A DNA stretch of 64,000 bases, taken from NCBI GenBank assembly GCA_964291265.2, contig OZ219747.1:1120001-1184000 (forward strand), given 5' to 3'. Every line of letters begins with the position of its first letter. Position 1 is the stretch's first letter. A model generated the notes under the pieces. It worked only from the letters and a program-made list of their open reading frames with translations. It did not search any database and was not told where the DNA came from. This stretch comes from Alphaproteobacteria bacterium (GTDB lineage Bacteria; Pseudomonadota; Alphaproteobacteria; SP197). The position numbers were made by a program, and so were the translations under genes. Below, one piece after another: positions 10,539 through 20,652 of this stretch.

Positions 10539-10772
10539 ATGTCTACCAATGTTGAAAGCTGGTCCGATGTTGCGTCTCTGGGCGCCATCTATCCCTTCCC
10601 GGGAATTGAATGGCTCCTCGTCCTGGCTGGCGTCGCCATCTGGGTGATCTGGCACGTCTGGCAGATCCGTTCGGAGGATTCCGAATACGATGCCGCCGTC
10701 AGGCACTACAAGGACATCGGCCTCGACAAGGCCCTCGATCATCGAGGGCGCCACGACGCCATGCTCGACTGA
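10539..10772 (+). CDS. Small membrane protein downstream of amt
   Basis: 77 aa, AAGGAG RBS, one TM segment (IYPFPGIEWLLVLAGVAIWVIWHVWQ), coding-like codon usage. Confidence 0.7.
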   Translation: MSTNVESWSDVASLGAIYPFPGIEWLLVLAGVAIWVIWHVWQIRSEDSEYDAAVRHYKDIGLDKALDHRGRHDAMLD

Positions 10773-11254
10773 CGGGCAGTGACACGAGCCAGGGGGCGAT
10801 GACCCACTGCCCCCTGTGCCACGCGACCGGGGGATGGCATGCGCCATCCCCCGATTGCATTCCAGGGAATCCGGTCCAGGCGACGGCACCGGAATCCGGT
10901 TTCCCTGCGACGCCTGTGTCGAGATCCCCGATTGGCCACGGCCGATACCGCGTGACAGCGGGCTGTGCCGAGCGGAACTCTCAGGCAGGGCCAAGCGTCA
11001 GCGTGACGACACCTTCGTGCGGCGCCGCATCTCACCCTTGGCGATGCAGCAAGACTTCTTCTGCGGTCCGCTGACGTCGGGCGCGCGACACCCGGCAGCC
11101 TGCCGGGTGGCGGGGTGCCGATCCTGAACGCCACCGGTCACCGCAGGTCGTGCCGGGCCGTATCCCCGGAAGGGTGGCGGACTGTCATCATGCGTGCTGC
11201 AGAGCGGCCATCCGGGACTGGAGAAGCGGGGGCCCGGCGGGTATCGTTGCGGCC

Positions 11255-11476
11255 ATGAAGCAGGAACTCGACGTGCGGGGGCTCGCCTGTCCCCTGCCGG
11301 TTCTCAAGGCGCGCAAACGCCTCAAGGAGATGGCGAGCGGGGATGTTCTCGTCGTTCATGCCACGGATCCCGGTTCGCAGAAGGACTTCAGGGCCTTTGC
11401 CGAAACCACCGGCCATCTTCTGGTCGCCACGTCGACGGATGCCGGGGTCTACACGTTCGAGATCCGTCGCCGATGA
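11255..11476 (+). CDS. TusA/SirA-family sulfur carrier protein
   Basis: LDVRGLACPLP and ATDPGSQKDF motifs, 73 aa. Confidence 0.88.
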   Translation: MKQELDVRGLACPLPVLKARKRLKEMASGDVLVVHATDPGSQKDFRAFAETTGHLLVATSTDAGVYTFEIRRR

Positions 11477-11523
11477 TCCCTGTCTTGCTGATTGTCGCGT
11501 CATGGTCTAGGTTCATCCCGGTC

Positions 11524-11612
11524 ACTCACGGGGAGCTCCTTGGGAGCTGAGAGATGCCGGAAGGCATCGACCCGCTGAACCTGATCCGGATCATGCCGGC
11601 GTAGGGATTGAG
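11524..11612 (+). promoter_or_regulatory. TPP riboswitch
   Basis: GGGGAGC...GCTGAGA...ACCCG.TGAACCTGATCCGGATCATGCCGGCGTAGGGA consensus directly upstream of thiBPQ. Confidence 0.95.
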
Positions 11613-11673
11613 GCGACGGTCTTTTCTCAAGAGGACGATCCCCTCCCCCGGCGCCGGCGCCAAAGGAGGAACC

Positions 11674-12669
11674 ATGTCAAGGACAGCGTCCTTTCTGTCG
11701 GCTGCCCTGCTGACCATCCTGTCAGCGCGTGCCGACACGCTTGATGTCTACACCTACGAGTCCTTCGTCAGCGAGTGGGGCCCGGGACCGCAGGTCGAGG
11801 AGGCCTTCGAGGCCCGTTGCGACTGCACCATTCGCTGGACGGCGGTCGATGACGCCGCGATCCTGCTGTCGAGATTGCGTCTCGAGGGCTCAGGCGGAGA
11901 CGCGGACGTGGTGCTCGGGCTCGACACCAACCTCATGGCCGAAACCCTCGATCACGGACTTGTCCGCCGGCATGGCCTCGGCGACCTGGAGTTCGATCTC
12001 CCCGTTCCATGGGACGATCCCGTCTTCGTTCCCTTCGACTACGGGTACCTCGCCGTCATCTACGACAACCAGGCGCTGCCTCAGCCACCGGCATCACTCG
12101 GTGACCTGGTGGCGGGGGGCAACGGCGCCGATCTCATCATCCAGGATCCCCGCACCAGCACCCCGGGGCTGGGCCTCATGCTGTGGATGAAAGCCGTCTA
12201 CGGTGATGCCGCCGCTGATGCCTGGCGCTCACTGTCATCACGTGTCCTCACGGTCACTGCAGGCTGGAGTGAGGCCTACGGACTGTTCCTGGAGGGCGAG
12301 GCGCCGATGGTGCTGAGCTACACCACTTCTCCTGCCTATCATCAGCTCGTCGAGGACGAGACGCGTTACCGTGCCGCCATGTTCGAGGAGGGCCACTATA
12401 TGCAGATCGAGGTGGCGGCCATGGTCGAGGGTACGGACCAGGAGAACCTCGCCCGCGATTTTCTGCGCTTCATCGCCACGCCGGGGTTCCAGGGCGCCAT
12501 CCCCACCGGGAACTGGATGTACCCGGTCATCGATCTTGGTGACGATCTTCCGGACGTCTTCCGGGAACTGCCCCTGCCTGACGTGTCGCTGCTGTTGTCG
12601 CCGGAAGACGTTGGCGCCATGCGCAGACAATGGATCGACGAATGGCTGGAGGCAGCCATCGGAGAGTGA
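11674..12669 (+). CDS. thiB: Thiamine ABC transporter substrate-binding protein
   Basis: VYTYESFVSEWGPGP, QDPRTSTPGLG, GWSEAYGLF, SYTTSPAYH; AGGAGG RBS; behind TPP riboswitch. Confidence 0.93.
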   Translation: MSRTASFLSAALLTILSARADTLDVYTYESFVSEWGPGPQVEEAFEARCDCTIRWTAVDDAAILLSRLRLEGSGGDADVVLGLDTNLMAETLDHGLVRRHGLGDLEFDLPVPWDDPVFVPFDYGYLAVIYDNQALPQPPASLGDLVAGGNGADLIIQDPRTSTPGLGLMLWMKAVYGDAAADAWRSLSSRVLTVTAGWSEAYGLFLEGEAPMVLSYTTSPAYHQLVEDETRYRAAMFEEGHYMQIEVAAMVEGTDQENLARDFLRFIATPGFQGAIPTGNWMYPVIDLGDDLPDVFRELPLPDVSLLLSPEDVGAMRRQWIDEWLEAAIGE

Positions 12670-14267
12670 TGGTCGGTCTGCGGCGCCTGCTTTGGCCCGG
12701 AGTAGCGGCGCTCGTCGCTTCTCCGGGCCTGGCGGTGCTGGCGCTCTTGGCGCTTCTCGATGCCGCGCCCCCCGGAGAATCGGGACGCCTGCTTGACCGC
12801 TATGCGCTTCACGTACTTGCCTTCACGGTCCTCCAGGCAACGCTCTCGACGGTGCTTTCCCTCGTGTTCGCCATACCCCTTGCCCGAGCACTGGCGCGCC
12901 GTCCGGACTTTCCGGGGCGCGGCATCGTCATCCGTCTCTTCGGCATCCCATTGGTTCTGCCGGCCATCGTCGCCGTGTTCGGGGTGGTGGCCGTGTGGGG
13001 ACGGAACGGCGCCGTCAATACCGCGCTGGGAACGGCCGGAATGCCGGGCCTTGGTCCGATCTACGGCCTCGAGGGCATTCTCATTGCCCACACCTTCTTC
13101 AACATACCGCTTGCCGTGCGCCTCATGCTGCCGGCCTGGGAGTCCATTCCCGGGGAGACGTGGAGGCTGGCAGCGCAGCTGGGCATGACCTCCTGGCCGA
13201 TCTTCCAGCTGATCGAGTGGCCCCGCCTCGCGGAGGTTCTGCCCGGCATTGCCATGCTGGCCTTTCTTCTCACGTTCTCGAGCTTCACCGTCGTTCTGGC
13301 ACTGGGCGGCGGCCCGGGCGCAGCAACCCTCGAGGTGGCGATCTACCAGGCGCTGAGACTGGACTTCGACATCGTCCGTGCCGTGTTCCTCGCCCTGCTC
13401 CAGGTGGTGATCTGCGCCACCGTCGCCACTGTTCTCTTCCGCCTTGCCCACTTTTCCTGGAGCGAGGCAGGCGTGGGCCGGATCACCAGGCGCCCTGATT
13501 CCCTTGGCCGGCCTGGCCGCATCGGCGATGCCCTCTTGATCGCCGCCGGCATCTTCTGGGTGGGCGCGCCTCTGGCCGGAGTGGCGATTGCCGGTCTGAC
13601 CGGCCCACTGGCTGACGTTCTCGCCCGCCAGGATGTCTGGCTTGCCGCGTTGCGCAGTGTCCTGGTGGGTCTTGGCGCCGGTGTCTTTGCCGTCACCGTC
13701 GGTCTCCTGCTCGCCGCTACCTCCTGCGACCTGGCGATGCGCCGACACCGCCGCCGTCTGGCGGATGTTCTCGAGATTGCCGGCAGCCAGACCCTCATCG
13801 TGTCACCGGTGGTGCTGGGTGCCGGCCTCTTCGTTCTTCTTCTGGGGCATGTCCGGGTGTTCGACTGGGCCCTGCCGCTTGCTGCCCTGGTCAATGGCCT
13901 GGTCTCCGTCCCCTACGTGCTGCGGCTCGTTTCTCCGGTCCTGCGTCGCACCGCGGCCCACCATGACCGGCTGTGCGCCAGCCTCGGTCTTGCGGGCATG
14001 CGCCGGATCGTCTGGCTCGAGGGGCCTCTCGTGCTTCGCCCGCTGGCGACGGCGCTGGCCCTGGCAACGGCACTGGCCGCAGGGGACCTCACGGCCATCG
14101 CGCTGTTCGGGACCGCGCGCGAGGCGACCCTTGCCCTGCTTCTCTACCGGGCGCTGGGCAGCTATCGCATGGATGAGGCTGCCGTGATCGCACTGCTCCT
14201 GGTCGTGGTGTGCCTTGCCATATTCGTTGCCATCGAGGGTCTTGGCCGTGTCGCCGCCCGGGCTTGA
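12669..14267 (+). CDS. thiP: Thiamine ABC transporter permease
   Basis: FTVLQATLST, AHTFFNIPLA, LGGGPGAATLEVAIYQA, GSYRMDEAA. Confidence 0.92.
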   Translation: MVGLRRLLWPGVAALVASPGLAVLALLALLDAAPPGESGRLLDRYALHVLAFTVLQATLSTVLSLVFAIPLARALARRPDFPGRGIVIRLFGIPLVLPAIVAVFGVVAVWGRNGAVNTALGTAGMPGLGPIYGLEGILIAHTFFNIPLAVRLMLPAWESIPGETWRLAAQLGMTSWPIFQLIEWPRLAEVLPGIAMLAFLLTFSSFTVVLALGGGPGAATLEVAIYQALRLDFDIVRAVFLALLQVVICATVATVLFRLAHFSWSEAGVGRITRRPDSLGRPGRIGDALLIAAGIFWVGAPLAGVAIAGLTGPLADVLARQDVWLAALRSVLVGLGAGVFAVTVGLLLAATSCDLAMRRHRRRLADVLEIAGSQTLIVSPVVLGAGLFVLLLGHVRVFDWALPLAALVNGLVSVPYVLRLVSPVLRRTAAHHDRLCASLGLAGMRRIVWLEGPLVLRPLATALALATALAAGDLTAIALFGTAREATLALLLYRALGSYRMDEAAVIALLLVVVCLAIFVAIEGLGRVAARA

Positions 14268-14979
14268 ACTCGACGGCATAGCCTTTCGCCGGGGCGGCTG
14301 GACGCTTGCCGCCGACCTTGCGGTACGCCGCGGCGAGTTGCTGGCGCTCATCGGTGCCAGCGGTGCAGGCAAGAGTACGCTGTTGTCGCTGGCCGCCGGG
14401 TTCGAAAGGCCGCTCTCGGGGCGTGTTCTCGTTCATGGGAGGGTGGTGACGGATCGTCCCCCGGCATCGCGACTGATCACGACGCTCTTTCAGGAGCACA
14501 ACCTCTTTGCCCATCTCCCGGCTCTCGACAACGTCGCCCTTGGTCTTGACCCCGGTCTGAGACTGACGGCAGCCGATCGGCGAACGGCCCACGAGGCCCT
14601 CTCCCGCGTGGAACTCGAGACCATGGCGCATCGGAGGCCCGGCGAGTTGTCCGGTGGCGAGCGCCAGCGGGTCGCCATTGCAAGGGCGCTGGTCATGAAA
14701 CGTCCCGTGTTGCTTCTCGACGAACCGTTCGCGGCGCTCGGACCGGCGTTGCGGCGCACCATGCTCGATCTCGTGTCGGGGCTGGCAAGCGAGTCCGGCC
14801 TGACTGTCGTGATGGTCTCCCATGATCCCGCGGACGCCCGGCGCATTGCCGACTCGGTGGCGTTCATGGACAGTGGACGCATTCTCCTCACCGGACCCGT
14901 GGACTCCGTTCTTGAAACCCCGGTGCTGCCGGAACTGGTGCGCTATCTCGATCCCGACTGCGATCCGGGATCGTCATGA
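14248..14979 (+). CDS. thiQ: Thiamine ABC transporter ATP-binding protein
   Basis: GASGAGKST, FQEHNLFAHL, LSGGERQR, LLDEPFAALGP; GTG start inferred. Confidence 0.9.
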   Translation: MSPPGLELDGIAFRRGGWTLAADLAVRRGELLALIGASGAGKSTLLSLAAGFERPLSGRVLVHGRVVTDRPPASRLITTLFQEHNLFAHLPALDNVALGLDPGLRLTAADRRTAHEALSRVELETMAHRRPGELSGGERQRVAIARALVMKRPVLLLDEPFAALGPALRRTMLDLVSGLASESGLTVVMVSHDPADARRIADSVAFMDSGRILLTGPVDSVLETPVLPELVRYLDPDCDPGSS

Positions 14980-15377
14980 ATCGCCAGGGCGGCGGCAAGG
15001 GCTGACCTTTCAGGTCCGGCGACGAGGGTACTGGCGAACACTTCGCCAGGTTCCATGAACCGCATGTCGATCTCCTCGCCCGCGGGCACACACGGAGAAT
15101 CGTCCGACTCGACGAGGTAGTAGACCGGCGTGTAGGGCGCCAGCGTCCACGGGCTGATCAGGGTTCCCGGGTCGTGGAGTTCCCGCACGATCCGGATTTC
15201 CATTCCGGCCTCTTCCCGGAACTCCCTCCTCAGTGCCTCTCTCGCCGTTTCGGCATCGCCCACTCCTCCGCCCGGATACTTCCACACGAAGAGTTCCTCG
15301 ACGTACTCGGCGGCAATGAGGACATGGCGGTTGCGCAGGAGGACGCCGTAGACACGATAGTTCTGGGGATGGGTCAT
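14943..15377 (-). CDS. NUDIX hydrolase
   Basis: Nudix box GGGVGDAETAREALRREFREEAG. Confidence 0.85.
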   Translation of the reverse strand: MTHPQNYRVYGVLLRNRHVLIAAEYVEELFVWKYPGGGVGDAETAREALRREFREEAGMEIRIVRELHDPGTLISPWTLAPYTPVYYLVESDDSPCVPAGEEIDMRFMEPGEVFASTLVAGPERSALAAALAIHDDPGSQSGSR

Positions 15378-15460
15378 GAGGCGGGCACCGAGCACTTTCG
15401 TGTCATGAGGGATTGTCTGTTGTAGAAACAGTGATCGTCGTCTCTACTGGAAGACCTGCC

Positions 15461-16843
15461 ATGGCAGCCAGCACGAACATTCTCGAGACCATCGGCAACA
15501 CGCCGATGGTCGAGGTGAGATCCTTCGATACCGGTCCCTGCCGCCTGTTCCTGAAGCTGGAAAACCAGAATCCCGGGGGGTCGATCAAGGATCGTCCGGC
15601 GCTTTCCATGGTAGAGACCGCGGAGCGGTCGGGGGCCATCGGGCCCGGCGGTGTGTTGATCGAAGCGACGGCCGGGAACACAGGCATCGGCCTTGCCCTC
15701 GTGGCGCGCCAGAAGGGCTACCGCCTGCTTCTCGTGATACCCGACAAGATGAGCCAGGAAAAGATCTTCAACCTGCAGGCGATGGGAGCGGAAATCCGCC
15801 TGACGCGGTCGGATGTCACGCGGGGGCACCCTGAGTACTATCAGGATCTCGCCAGCCGTTTGGCCGACGAGACTCCCAACAGCTTTTTCGTCAACCAGTT
15901 CGGCAATCCGGCGAATCCGCTGGCTCACGAACAGGGGACGGGGCCGGAGATCTGGGAGCAGATGGAGCACAGGGTGGATGCCGTTGTCTGCGGCGTGGGT
16001 TCGGGCGGCACCATAACGGGGGTTGGCCGCTTCTTTGGCCGACAGGCGCCGCATGTCGAGATGATACTGGCCGATCCCGTCGGATCGGTGCTGGCCGACC
16101 AGGTCAACACGGGCACCCCGGGCCCGTTGGGATCCTGGCTTGTCGAGGGCATCGGCGAGGATTTCATTCCCGAGGTGAGCGATCTTTCCCTTGTCTCGAA
16201 GGCCTACAAGGTGGCGGATGCCGAGGCCTTTGCCGCGGCGCGCAAGCTCCTCGTGGACGAAGGCATCCTGGCAGGTTCGTCGTCCGGCACCCTGCTTGCG
16301 GGCGCGCTGGCCTTCTGCCGTGAACAGGATGAGGAGAAGAATGTGGTGACGCTGGTCTGTGACAGCGGCAACAAGTACCTCTCCAAGATGTACAACGACT
16401 ACTGGATGCTGGATCAGGGATTCCTCGAGCGCGAGAATCACGGCGACCTGCGCGATCTCATCGCCCGGCCCCATACCGACAGGGCCTCCGTCACGACGTC
16501 ACCGGACGACACGCTCGCCATCGCGCTGTCGCGCATGAAACTCTATGACATCAGCCAGTTGCCGGTCCTGGTGGACGACAACGTGGTCGGCATCATTGAT
16601 GAATCCGACATTCTGTGGGCCATTCACCGCCGTCATGGCGCCTTCACGGACAAGGTGGCATCGGCGATGTCGGTGAGTCCTGAAACCGTCGAGGCGTCCT
16701 CGGACATCGACACTCTGATGACCATCTTCCGCCGTGACCTGACGGCGATCGTCGTCGACGGTGACGCCTTCCTTGGAGTCATCACCCGTATCGACCTCCT
16801 CAACTGGTTGCGCAGGGAGCGCCGCCCCGGGGCTCCTGTGTGA
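15461..16843 (+). CDS. Cystathionine beta-synthase (PLP) with C-terminal CBS pair
   Basis: IGNTP, KLENQNPGGSIKDR, EATAGNTG, GVGSGGT, DSGNKYLSK; C-terminal ISQLPV...GIIDESD CBS domains. Confidence 0.9.
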   Translation: MAASTNILETIGNTPMVEVRSFDTGPCRLFLKLENQNPGGSIKDRPALSMVETAERSGAIGPGGVLIEATAGNTGIGLALVARQKGYRLLLVIPDKMSQEKIFNLQAMGAEIRLTRSDVTRGHPEYYQDLASRLADETPNSFFVNQFGNPANPLAHEQGTGPEIWEQMEHRVDAVVCGVGSGGTITGVGRFFGRQAPHVEMILADPVGSVLADQVNTGTPGPLGSWLVEGIGEDFIPEVSDLSLVSKAYKVADAEAFAAARKLLVDEGILAGSSSGTLLAGALAFCREQDEEKNVVTLVCDSGNKYLSKMYNDYWMLDQGFLERENHGDLRDLIARPHTDRASVTTSPDDTLAIALSRMKLYDISQLPVLVDDNVVGIIDESDILWAIHRRHGAFTDKVASAMSVSPETVEASSDIDTLMTIFRRDLTAIVVDGDAFLGVITRIDLLNWLRRERRPGAPV

Positions 16844-16847
16844 ACCA

Positions 16848-17342
16848 TCAGGCGGGTAAGGTCCGGTATATGTGATAGCGGCCCCGAGCGACGCCCGCGG
16901 GGAGATCGAGAGTGGTCCAGGCGGTGCTGGGAAGGGGTTGATCTCCCATGACGACGGCGCCGCCGGCGAGAAGGGGCGGCAAGGCTACGGCGAGCCGGCA
17001 GGCGAGTTCGAGACTCGCCTGGCGATCACCCGAACCGATATCGGCATGGGCAAGGATGGCCGACGGTCCGAGACGGTGCGCCGCAAGGGGCAGCGTGACT
17101 GCCAGGTCGCCCAGGAACATGTGGCCGTCATCGGGGATGCAGTCGGGATGGGCAGCGATCCTGCGGTCGAAGCAGTAGATGTTCCGTTCCGGAAAGAGAC
17201 AGCGCAGGTGGTCGTACGTGCGGCCGTTGCCGAGCCCGATTTCGAGGATGTGTCCGGGCCGGCCATCGACAAGGACGGCGGCCTCGTCGAGACACAGACG
17301 CTGGGCCTCGAGGCGGCGGATGGCGCTGTCGAGCCGGCTCAC
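16848..17342 (-). CDS. Small class I SAM-dependent methyltransferase (Methyltransf_17-like)
   Basis: Starts (M)SRLDSAIRRLEAQR; LEIGLGNGRTYDHLR motif I, FDR, AHADIGSG. Confidence 0.8.
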   Translation of the reverse strand: MSRLDSAIRRLEAQRLCLDEAAVLVDGRPGHILEIGLGNGRTYDHLRCLFPERNIYCFDRRIAAHPDCIPDDGHMFLGDLAVTLPLAAHRLGPSAILAHADIGSGDRQASLELACRLAVALPPLLAGGAVVMGDQPLPSTAWTTLDLPAGVARGRYHIYRTLPA

Positions 17343-17347
17343 GCGAT

Positions 17348-17806
17348 TCAGGTGCCGGCCCGGGTGGCCATGGCGTCGCGCAGCATCGTCGTCGTCTTCT
17401 CCACCCGGCGGGCAAGTTCGCGCATGATCTCGATCGAGATCGACGGGAACTGGTTGATCAACTGGAAGAAGAGCTCCTTGGAGATCATCAGGGTCTCCAC
17501 CTTCGTCACCGCCTTCACCGTCGCCGTGCGCGGCACGTCGCACAGGATCGCGTTCTCTCCCAAGAGGTCGTTGGGGCCGAGGGTCGCCACCTTCACGGCG
17601 CCGGACTCCGATTCGACAAGGACATCGGCATCGCCGGTGATGATGATGTAGGCGGCGTCACCCTCGTCACCCTGGCGGCACAGGAGGTCCCCCGGGGCGA
17701 AGGTCAGGCGTTGGGCCGTGAAGGCAAGGAGCTTGAGCCGGCTCGGCTCGATCCTCGAAAACAGCGGAATGGTGCGCAACAGGTCGACTTCTTCCTGCAG
17801 ACTCAT
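17348..17806 (-). CDS. Stand-alone cyclic-nucleotide-binding domain protein
   Basis: IPLFS, QGDEGDAAYII, GENAILCDVPRTATV phosphate-binding cassette; no HTH. Confidence 0.88.
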   Translation of the reverse strand: MSLQEEVDLLRTIPLFSRIEPSRLKLLAFTAQRLTFAPGDLLCRQGDEGDAAYIIITGDADVLVESESGAVKVATLGPNDLLGENAILCDVPRTATVKAVTKVETLMISKELFFQLINQFPSISIEIMRELARRVEKTTTMLRDAMATRAGT

Positions 17807-17824
17807 GATCCACGTTCTCCCATG

Positions 17825-20503
17825 TCACTCACGTTCCATCAGGCCGGCAAGAACCGAGCTGTCGCGGTCCATCAGTTCCGCGAAGGCGCCGCTCTCGACG
17901 AGCTTGCCGTCCTTCATCACGAGGACCTGGTCGAAGCGGGCCGCGTCGCTCGGCCTGTGCAGGACCCAGATCAGGGCCCTGTCTTGAAACTCCTCGCGAA
18001 GATTGTCCATGACAGCGGCCTGGGAAGCTCCGTCGAGCATGGCGGTCGCCTCGGAGAGCACCATGATGGCCGGGCGCTTGAGGACGGCCCGGGCGATGGC
18101 CGTTTTCTGGCGTTGTGCCGGCGTGAGCCGGGCGCCGCCGATGCCGACCCCGGTCTCGAGACCGAGTTCGATCACCAGCGGTCGAAGATCTAGGTCGCGG
18201 ATGACCTCGGCCATCAGCTGTCCCACCTTTTCCCGGGACCCGGCCATGCCCCAGGCAATCTTGCCGAAGAGGATGTTGTCCTGGAGTGACAGGGCGGGAT
18301 TGTACTCTGTCCGGTCGAAGAACGAGATGGCATCCCCGAGGTCATCGGGCAGACTCCCGGAAAAGGCATGACGCACCTCGACAAGCCGGGCCTGCATGGC
18401 GTCGTCGATCAGGCCGAGGCGGTGGCGCGCAGGGGCGAGTCGGAAGGGAAGTGCGAGGAATCGCTGGCGTTCCTCTTCTTCGAGACTCGTCTCCCCGCTG
18501 CGTTCCAGCCTTGTGAGCAGCCTGCGGTACTCGGGAAGATCGTCCGGTGAAATGAAGGAGAACTGGAGAAAGAACTCGTGATCCGCCGGCAGGTCGGCAA
18601 AGAGCTCGACCATGGTGCGGGCCACTTCGCATCCCATGGCCAGGAACTCGTCAATCAGCCCGGCCCCGGCGAGGAGAGACATGACGTGGTCGTTTTCCGG
18701 CAGGCGGTCAGGATCGAAGGTGTCACCGACAGGGGTGCCGAAAAGAAGGTTCTCGCCGACTGTCGCATTGGTGTTGTAGGTGTCGCGGTCAAAGGGTTCG
18801 ACCAGGCCTGTGAAGGTGTCGGACGCGAGGCGCCCCTCGAGAATGCGCCGCGCCTCAAGGAGCCTTTCCGCTTCCCGGGGCCGACTTGCCGGATCAAGCT
18901 GGCGCCTCAGTCCCATGCGGTAGACATCATCCTCGAAATCGGCGACGGCCAGGGCGCGACGCACCGCATCGATCAGCCCGGACCGACCGTCCACACCTGC
19001 GAGACCGAGGTTCACCCAGTCATCCTCGATGTCATCGGGACTGTTGGCGGTCAACTGACGTTCCCGTGCCTGACGGACCACAGCATTCTCCATCCCCTGC
19101 GGGACGCTCCGCGGCGCCTGCGGAGTCTGGCGCAGTCCGTAAAGAAGATTGTCGAGGAGCGTTGCGGAAAACAGCGACGTCGAGGCCCCGACATAGCCAA
19201 TTCTGCGTCCCAGGGTGGCTTCCGGGAGGTTGCCGGCGTCCTCGTTGCCGTAGACGAGACGGCCCTGGCCGGCGTCAACGAGACGGGCCAGCAGCGGTGC
19301 GACCCTGTCCCGTCCGCTTGCCGCATCGCCTGTGACAGCGACATGGCTGTCGAGGGGAATGTCGAGATTGAGACCATCGATGAGGGTGTCGTCGTCCTCG
19401 ATGTACTTCACGCCGGTTGCCGCCAGACTCCCCGTGAACGGCGCGATTTCGCGGTCGTCGAAGACAACCGCATCGCTTCTCATGCCGGCCGGCGCGAACT
19501 GGGTGACGACCTGATCGTACTTGATCCTGGCGTCCTCTCGAATCTGGTAGTGGTTGAGCAGCTCCTTCCAGGGAGGCGGCAGGTCCTTGTAGGCGGCGAG
19601 GACGGCAACGAGGCCACCGAGGGTGAGCGAGCCATCGATCACGAACCAGCCGCCGATGGCGTAGAAGAAGAAGGGCGTGATCTGCGCCAGGAAGTTGTTG
19701 AGGAACTTGATGAAGAACTTCTTGCGGTAGATCCGGTAGCGGATGTCGAAGATCCGTCCCATGCGTGCGGCAAACTCTGCCGCCTCCCGGCGCGCCATGC
19801 CGTTGGCGTGCAGCTCCTCGATTCCCTGAACGGTTTCCGCGATGCGCTCCGAGACCTTGCGCACTTCCCGCACCCGCTCCTTGGCAAGGAGATTCACCTG
19901 ACGCTGGAGTTTCGGGATGATCCAGCCTTGCATGGGGTAGAGCGCCACCGAGGCCAGGCCCATCAGGGGATCCTGCATGAAGATGAAGAGGAGAGCCGTG
20001 ATCAGGAGTCCGCCCTGGTACATGGGCAGGGCAAGGGCATCGCCGATGAAGCCGCCGAGGGGTTCGACTTCCTGTGTCACCATGGGGATCAGTTCACCGG
20101 AGCTGACATGCCGGAAGTGAGGCGAGGGAAAACGCAGGATCCGGCTGTAGAGCTGGTAGCGCAGCCGCCGCAGCATGCGCTCTCCCAGAAGGCCCTTGTA
20201 GACATTGATGACGTACTTGAAGCCGCCGTTGGCGAGCACGAGCGCAAGGAAGAGACCGCAGTAGAGGGCCAGCAGATCCAGGCGCTCCATCTCGCCCAGG
20301 GGAATGCCGAGGACGACGAGTGTGCGCAGGTCGACCGAACCGGGAGCAGGGGAGGCCGGGTCCGCCAGCACGTTGTTGACGATGAGCTTTGGAATGTCGA
20401 GGGAGGCGTAATAGAAGGGCAGGGACAGCAGCGTGAAGAGCAGGATGGACACCTGCTCCTTGCGCGAATACCGGAATATGAACTTGTAGACGGTGGATTC
20501 CAT
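17825..20503 (-). CDS. ABC exporter-like protein (TMD + degenerate NBD with large insertion)
   Basis: N-terminal ABC membrane domain; NBD motifs are altered (GDAASGRD, LTPAQRQ, LSEATAMLD). Confidence 0.85.
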   Translation of the reverse strand: MESTVYKFIFRYSRKEQVSILLFTLLSLPFYYASLDIPKLIVNNVLADPASPAPGSVDLRTLVVLGIPLGEMERLDLLALYCGLFLALVLANGGFKYVINVYKGLLGERMLRRLRYQLYSRILRFPSPHFRHVSSGELIPMVTQEVEPLGGFIGDALALPMYQGGLLITALLFIFMQDPLMGLASVALYPMQGWIIPKLQRQVNLLAKERVREVRKVSERIAETVQGIEELHANGMARREAAEFAARMGRIFDIRYRIYRKKFFIKFLNNFLAQITPFFFYAIGGWFVIDGSLTLGGLVAVLAAYKDLPPPWKELLNHYQIREDARIKYDQVVTQFAPAGMRSDAVVFDDREIAPFTGSLAATGVKYIEDDDTLIDGLNLDIPLDSHVAVTGDAASGRDRVAPLLARLVDAGQGRLVYGNEDAGNLPEATLGRRIGYVGASTSLFSATLLDNLLYGLRQTPQAPRSVPQGMENAVVRQARERQLTANSPDDIEDDWVNLGLAGVDGRSGLIDAVRRALAVADFEDDVYRMGLRRQLDPASRPREAERLLEARRILEGRLASDTFTGLVEPFDRDTYNTNATVGENLLFGTPVGDTFDPDRLPENDHVMSLLAGAGLIDEFLAMGCEVARTMVELFADLPADHEFFLQFSFISPDDLPEYRRLLTRLERSGETSLEEEERQRFLALPFRLAPARHRLGLIDDAMQARLVEVRHAFSGSLPDDLGDAISFFDRTEYNPALSLQDNILFGKIAWGMAGSREKVGQLMAEVIRDLDLRPLVIELGLETGVGIGGARLTPAQRQKTAIARAVLKRPAIMVLSEATAMLDGASQAAVMDNLREEFQDRALIWVLHRPSDAARFDQVLVMKDGKLVESGAFAELMDRDSSVLAGLMERE

Positions 20504-20652
20504 GGGTCCCGGTCGGCCATCCGTTCTCGAGGATACTAGGTTTGCATGGCCTCGGATCAAGGTTCTGCGAATGTGCTGGCGTTCATCCGGTGACGGCAGG
20601 ACGGCGAGTGTGTCAGGATGCGCGCCGTCCCTTGGACGGAGACGGGTGTGTC

